In this document: one piece after another, positions 59,861-64,000 of the stretch
How the letters are laid out: every line of letters begins with the position of its first letter
How positions within the stretch are numbered: position 1 is the first letter of the stretch
Assembly: GCA_004764695.1 (NCBI GenBank)
Contig: SMSO01000036.1
Coordinates: 2,542,001-2,606,000 of the forward strand
DNA from: Schizochytrium sp. TIO01
Taxonomy: Eukaryota; Protista; Bigyra: Labyrinthulomycetes
Direction of reading: 5' to 3'
Length of the DNA stretch: 64,000 bases
The notes under the pieces: generated by a model
The model's database searches: none
What the model was told of the DNA's origin: nothing
Seen by the model: only the letters and a program-made list of their open reading frames with translations
Position numbers and translations under genes: made by a program

Positions 59861-62341
59861 CTAATATTTAGATTTGTCCCGGTGAGCCCAACACTTGGTG
59901 CCTCTTTGAGCAGGTTTATCACAGTCAATCTCCTGGCAAACCCTTCCGCCACCGTGCGCCCAGCACTTGAGCCCATTCTGCGCTGCAGTCAGGCAGCCTG
60001 GCTCTGTGCACCTCCGCCCACCACCATGCGTTGTACACTTGCCTCCCATTTTGGCCGGGGTATCACACCCTGGGTGCGAGCATCGTTTTCCGCCGCCGTG
60101 AGCAACGCAAAAGCCGCTGGAGTCTGCCACCTTTCCACAGCCTGGCGTTTCGCATCGAGCGCCACCTCCATGAGCAATACACTTTCCACCCTTTTGAGCA
60201 GATTTTCGGCATCCAGGCTCATCACAGCGCTTTCCGCCACCATGGGCAATGCACTTTCCACCTGACTTTGCACTTTTTTCGCAACCTGGTTCTTGACAGC
60301 GATCCCCTCCTCCATGAGCTTTGCATTTACCGCCCTTTTGTGCAGCCTTTTCACAGCCAGGTTCTTGGCAGCGATCTCCGCCACCATGGGCGACGCATTT
60401 ACCTCCTTTTTTAGCATTTTTCCTGCACCCAGGATGTTCACAACGGCCGACACCACCATGATGTTTGCACTTTTTATTCCTCCCTGCCGTGACATTGTCG
60501 CATCCACTCTCTTGACATCTGTTGCCCCCACCATGCGTTACACACTTACCCCCTTGCTTGGCAGAATTTCTACAGCCGGGCTCTTCACAACGTTTACCAC
60601 CGCCATGCGCAATGCAAAGACCTCCACCTTGATCCTTCTTGCCGCAACCAGGTTCTAAGCATATTCTCTTTCCTCTCCAAACGTGGACTCTCTTCCCTGG
60701 AGTTGCATTTGTGACGTTGTCCTCGACTTCGGAAGGAGCTGTATTTGATGTAGGTTGCATTTTATTAGTAGAATGTACCACAGATGATGATGAAGAAAAA
60801 GGCACCGGCGTGGACTTTGGAGTACTTGTGCTACTTGACCGTGTCTTGCGAGTTATTTCACCAGAAGCAACTTTCGATGGAGCCGACTGACCGTCACGAT
60901 CATCTTCATCTTCAACTGGACTCTCACTTTCTTTATTTTCACTGTTGATGCTAAACTCACTTCCACTTGCGCTGATGCCATGATCTAGTTCTTGCTCACG
61001 TTCAAGCCCTGCTTCATCAGCAACATCGCGCAAAGATTGCGGAGCAGCCTTTCGCCTAGGTTGTTTTCGAAGAGTTTTCGAAGAGGCTGTGCCAGAGGGA
61101 CCATCAATATCGTCTTCAGCATAAGCTTCGCTTTCACCTCTGCCACGTTTCTCATTCAAACGATGCATTGATCTTGTATTTTCTGTGCGCTTATCACTAC
61201 TATCACTTTCTGAGGATAAGGCGATATTACGCTTGCCTTTGTTTCCTTTCTTCTTGTCGTTCTTCCTCGACTTTGGCGTTTCTGCATGTTCCTCATGGAC
61301 ATCATTGTTCTCTGCTACACTTTCTTGGCTTTCGTCACTCTCTATGTCGTCATTCTCAGAACGACGTGAACTATGCCAATGGCGATGATGTGAAGTCAAT
61401 GCTGATCGGCTTGTTCTTGAAGAGTGAAGTTCAGATTCTTCATCTGAATCCTCGCTTAAATCTGATTGTCTCACCCTGCGTCGATCCGATTTGCCTCTTC
61501 GTCTCCCAGCCATCTCTGTGCCATGGCTATTACTGCTTCTGCTACTGTCTTCTTCATCAGAGGAATCGACAGCATCGTGATTTCGGCGACGAGTAGACTT
61601 TTTAATACTCCTCTTCTTACTCTTCTTTGTTTTCAAATATTTGCCGTGCTTCGGAATCTTTTCATGTTGGGATATGTCTTCGTCCACTTTTATGTTCTCC
61701 AGCTCCTCGTCATCTTCAGAATTTCGAGAGTTTTCATCGTCCTCATTTTCATCTTCGAAGTCCGCGTGGTTACGAGTCGATTTCTTCCTTTTTGAACGTT
61801 TGGAGGACTTTTCTCTGCTTCTGTAACGCTTTGCTCTTCTCTCAGGGTCTGAGCTCTCAAAGTCGGACTCCTCATCATGTTCTTCATGGTCTTTCGCCTC
61901 ATCTGCTTCGGACTCCTCGCTGTGCGAGTGATCTTGCTGGGGGCGAGAGATCTTTTGTCCATATCTATGTTGTTTCCTGTGCCTTTTCTTTGTCCTTTTC
62001 AGGCTTTGAGACTTTCCTGTGTCCGACACAGACTGTTCATCATCATCATCTTCTTCTTCTTCCTCTTCTTCGTCCTCGAAATTGTCAACATTATTGAAGT
62101 CTTCGCTTTTTCTAATCCGTTCCAAGCGGCGACGACGACGTCTGAAAGGCGTACTTTCGTGTTTGCGTCGCTTAAGACGCCTCTGACGATGCCCGTCAAG
62201 ATCTTCCTCTTCCTCCGAGGACCCTTGCGAGTCTGCGCTGTTGGCCTCATTCACAGAGCTTGAGACCACCACATCTTCTTCGCCGGCCGAAAGCTCTTTG
62301 TGTCGCCTCCTCGTAGATCGTTTTCTGGGGTCTTTGGCCAT
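59861..62341 (-). CDS. Protein with 11 tandem Cys/His 'CxxxGC...CxxHGGG' zinc-finger repeats (WRKY19-like type) and a long charged low-complexity N-terminus
   Basis: Eleven ~24-aa C-x4-C-x9/10-C-x2-H repeats at about 59875-60670. Arg/Lys clusters suggest nuclear localisation. Start taken at MAKDP (62341); the ORF extends to 62515. Confidence 0.85.
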   Translation of the reverse strand: MAKDPRKRSTRRRHKELSAGEEDVVVSSSVNEANSADSQGSSEEEEDLDGHRQRRLKRRKHESTPFRRRRRRLERIRKSEDFNNVDNFEDEEEEEEEDDDDEQSVSDTGKSQSLKRTKKRHRKQHRYGQKISRPQQDHSHSEESEADEAKDHEEHDEESDFESSDPERRAKRYRSREKSSKRSKRKKSTRNHADFEDENEDDENSRNSEDDEELENIKVDEDISQHEKIPKHGKYLKTKKSKKRSIKKSTRRRNHDAVDSSDEEDSSRSSNSHGTEMAGRRRGKSDRRRVRQSDLSEDSDEESELHSSRTSRSALTSHHRHWHSSRRSENDDIESDESQESVAENNDVHEEHAETPKSRKNDKKKGNKGKRNIALSSESDSSDKRTENTRSMHRLNEKRGRGESEAYAEDDIDGPSGTASSKTLRKQPRRKAAPQSLRDVADEAGLEREQELDHGISASGSEFSINSENKESESPVEDEDDRDGQSAPSKVASGEITRKTRSSSTSTPKSTPVPFSSSSSVVHSTNKMQPTSNTAPSEVEDNVTNATPGKRVHVWRGKRICLEPGCGKKDQGGGLCIAHGGGKRCEEPGCRNSAKQGGKCVTHGGGNRCQESGCDNVTAGRNKKCKHHGGVGRCEHPGCRKNAKKGGKCVAHGGGDRCQEPGCEKAAQKGGKCKAHGGGDRCQEPGCEKSAKSGGKCIAHGGGKRCDEPGCRKSAQKGGKCIAHGGGARCETPGCGKVADSSGFCVAHGGGKRCSHPGCDTPAKMGGKCTTHGGGRRCTEPGCLTAAQNGLKCWAHGGGRVCQEIDCDKPAQRGTKCWAHRDKSKY

Positions 62342-62608
62342 GTTATTGCCCTCTGCAACTGCGAAGCTTCTTTGTTGTTCTCCCCTCAGAGCCGCGGCAG
62401 CACTTCGCCTGTTGCCAGCGCAGCAAGGAAAGTACTTGCTTCTTCGATAATCTAGTTTGCCAAAGAGACTTTGTGTGGAATGATGTTTGAGACTCGACGG
62501 TATAACAAAAACCATTAAAAGTTCTTATATTTCGTAGTGTTTGTTTCATATACATCATATATTATGCTTATTTAGGTCTTTGATAAGAAGTGGAGGTTAG
62601 GTAAGAAA

Positions 62609-63293
62609 ATGGGTTCCTCGCCAAGCTCCAGACGCTGCAAGTGGCGCAAATCTCCAATACAAACCAGCAAAGTTCTTTCACCAGAAGTTTGGGGTCTCGG
62701 CAAGCGCCCTTCGGGGCTGGGCCGATGGCGGACGCGTGCGCTGCGCGCACCTCCCCGGAGGCAAGCGGATCTACGCCAGCGACGCTGTCGAGCGCATCTT
62801 TGATTGCGGTTCCACCGGCCGCGAGCAACGCAGCTCTGGACATACCGTTATGTACGCCAGAGTGTCCTCGACCAAGCTAAAGGAGGACCTCGAACGCTAG
62901 GTTGGCGATCTCCAGCGCGCCTACCCAGATGCTTCCGCCGTCTTCAAAAACATCGGCAGCGGGGTCAACTTCAAACGCCAAGGCCTGTGCTCCCTACTGG
63001 ACGCTTGCGACCGCGGAGGAATCCGCCAAGTTGTGGTCATGCACCGCGACCGACTTGCGCGAATCGCAGTCGACCTCTTGGAACACTTTTTCGAAAGAAA
63101 AATGTCAAACTCTTGGTACACGGCCAAGATGCACATGCCGGAGACTCAGACACCTAAAGACCTCCTCGGAATCATCACCGTCTTTGTATCATTGCATCAC
63201 GGAAAACGAGCAGCGCAAAATAGACGGCGACGACACAGCGAGGAAGAAGCGAGCTCGCACGAAGGCGCGCAAGACCACCAAGAAAGAATATAA
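62609..63293 (+). pseudogene. tnpA: IS607 TnpA (MerR-like HTH plus serine resolvase) pseudogene
   Basis: Manual translation: 'KFGVSASALRGWADGGRVRCAHLPGGKRIY...VMYARVSSTKLKEDLER*VGDL...IGSGVNFKRQGL...VVVMHRDRLARIAVDLLEHFF...DLLGIITVFVSLHHGKRA'. In-frame TAG at 62898-62900, and probable frameshifts near 63100. Confidence 0.92.
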
Positions 63294-64000
63294 CCTTGTC
63301 CGTGCCAGAAAGGTTAGAGTATACCCTACTGAACACAATTGCTTAAATGGTTTGGTGTCACTAGAAGAGCCTCTAATACTGGCGTTGCGTTTCATCGAGA
63401 TGTGGCAAAGGGTGAGGAGGAAGCCATCAAATTGCATCAAGAGTCGTGCCTTAAGAAGGATATTAAAACGAAGCAGGTTTTAGTAGACGAAAATGGGAAT
63501 CCCCAAACGCATGGTGCCCTCTATGGAGAAAAGAAGGTTGTTCGATATAAAGAAAGGAATGATGCTTCTGAATGGGTTCTCGAGGTCTTACAAGTTATCT
63601 GTGATTCCGGGGTTCTGGATTTCTTCAAGGCTCTTGACTCGGGACGAGCCAAAAACGAAGAACTCTCTGTACAAAAGAAAATTCATGAGCAATCTTTTTA
63701 TAAGTTTCGAACCAAGCGTGATGAATCGCAGATTTTCGAAGTGAATGCACGTACCTGGAATTTGAAGAAATCAAAGACCTCCAACTTTCTTTTTAAAAAA
63801 TCCGTTCGCGCAAAGAAAAGTTCCGATGACCAGATTTCGAACGCAATGCGTGTGCAAATGAATCGCCTTGGGCATGTCTACTTCTTCTTCTTACAAGAAG
63901 AAAAAAAGCGTCCACTGGATCAGGCGCCCAATGCGCACCACAGTGTCGTTGCCCTTGATCCAGGCGTACGTACATTTCAAACGATGTATGACGCTGATGG
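63230..64000 (+). pseudogene. Fanzor2/TnpB RNA-guided nuclease, N-terminal half, frameshifted; start approximate
   Basis: Segments in shifting frames: 'RARKVRVYPT', 'LLKWFGVTRRASN', 'EWVLEV...DFFKAL...YKFRTKRDESQIFEV', 'RVQMNRLGHVYFFF' and RuvC-I 'VVALDPGVRTFQTMYDADG' (Asp at 63957-63959). Confidence 0.88.

Larger units (their letters stand above)
62534..64000 (+). mobile_element. IS607-family transposon with TnpA serine recombinase and Fanzor2/TnpB nuclease; disrupted and cut by the window edge
   Basis: Overlapping TnpA and TnpB genes in IS607 order. The left boundary is inferred from where homology with the 56078 relic begins. Confidence 0.9.

Noticed and set aside
59875-60670. Periodic ~72-bp repeats that could be mistaken for a CRISPR-like array
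   Set aside because: They are the coding zinc-finger repeats, with degenerate codons and no unique spacers.

Overview
Eukaryotic DNA, not prokaryotic: it has spliceosomal GT-AG introns, microsatellites, TAF9, eIF2A and a TTLL gene. Gene content suggests a stramenopile, possibly a thraustochytrid (inference). Conserved genes are a Kir-type channel, a TTLL glutamylase, TAF9, a cNMP-binding metallo-beta-lactamase phosphodiesterase, TrpB, INO1, eIF2A (with an intronic box C/D snoRNA) and NOG1. The most unusual locus is a 1944-aa intronless protein with the architecture AT-ACP-KS-ACP-[cobalamin-independent methionine synthase II-like Zn domain]-[flavin monooxygenase]. A stand-alone malonyl-type acyltransferase lies convergent to it, suggesting a two-gene trans-AT polyketide system with thiol/oxygenase chemistry. 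Two IS607-family elements with Fanzor2/TnpB sequence are not evident from the ORF track: a disrupted copy running off the right edge, and an internally deleted relic between the PKS and the AT gene that keeps a structured 3' end (candidate omegaRNA). An LRR gene fragment made of four exact 84-nt exons is also hidden in the long intergenic region. All calls come from manual motif reading; no searches were run.
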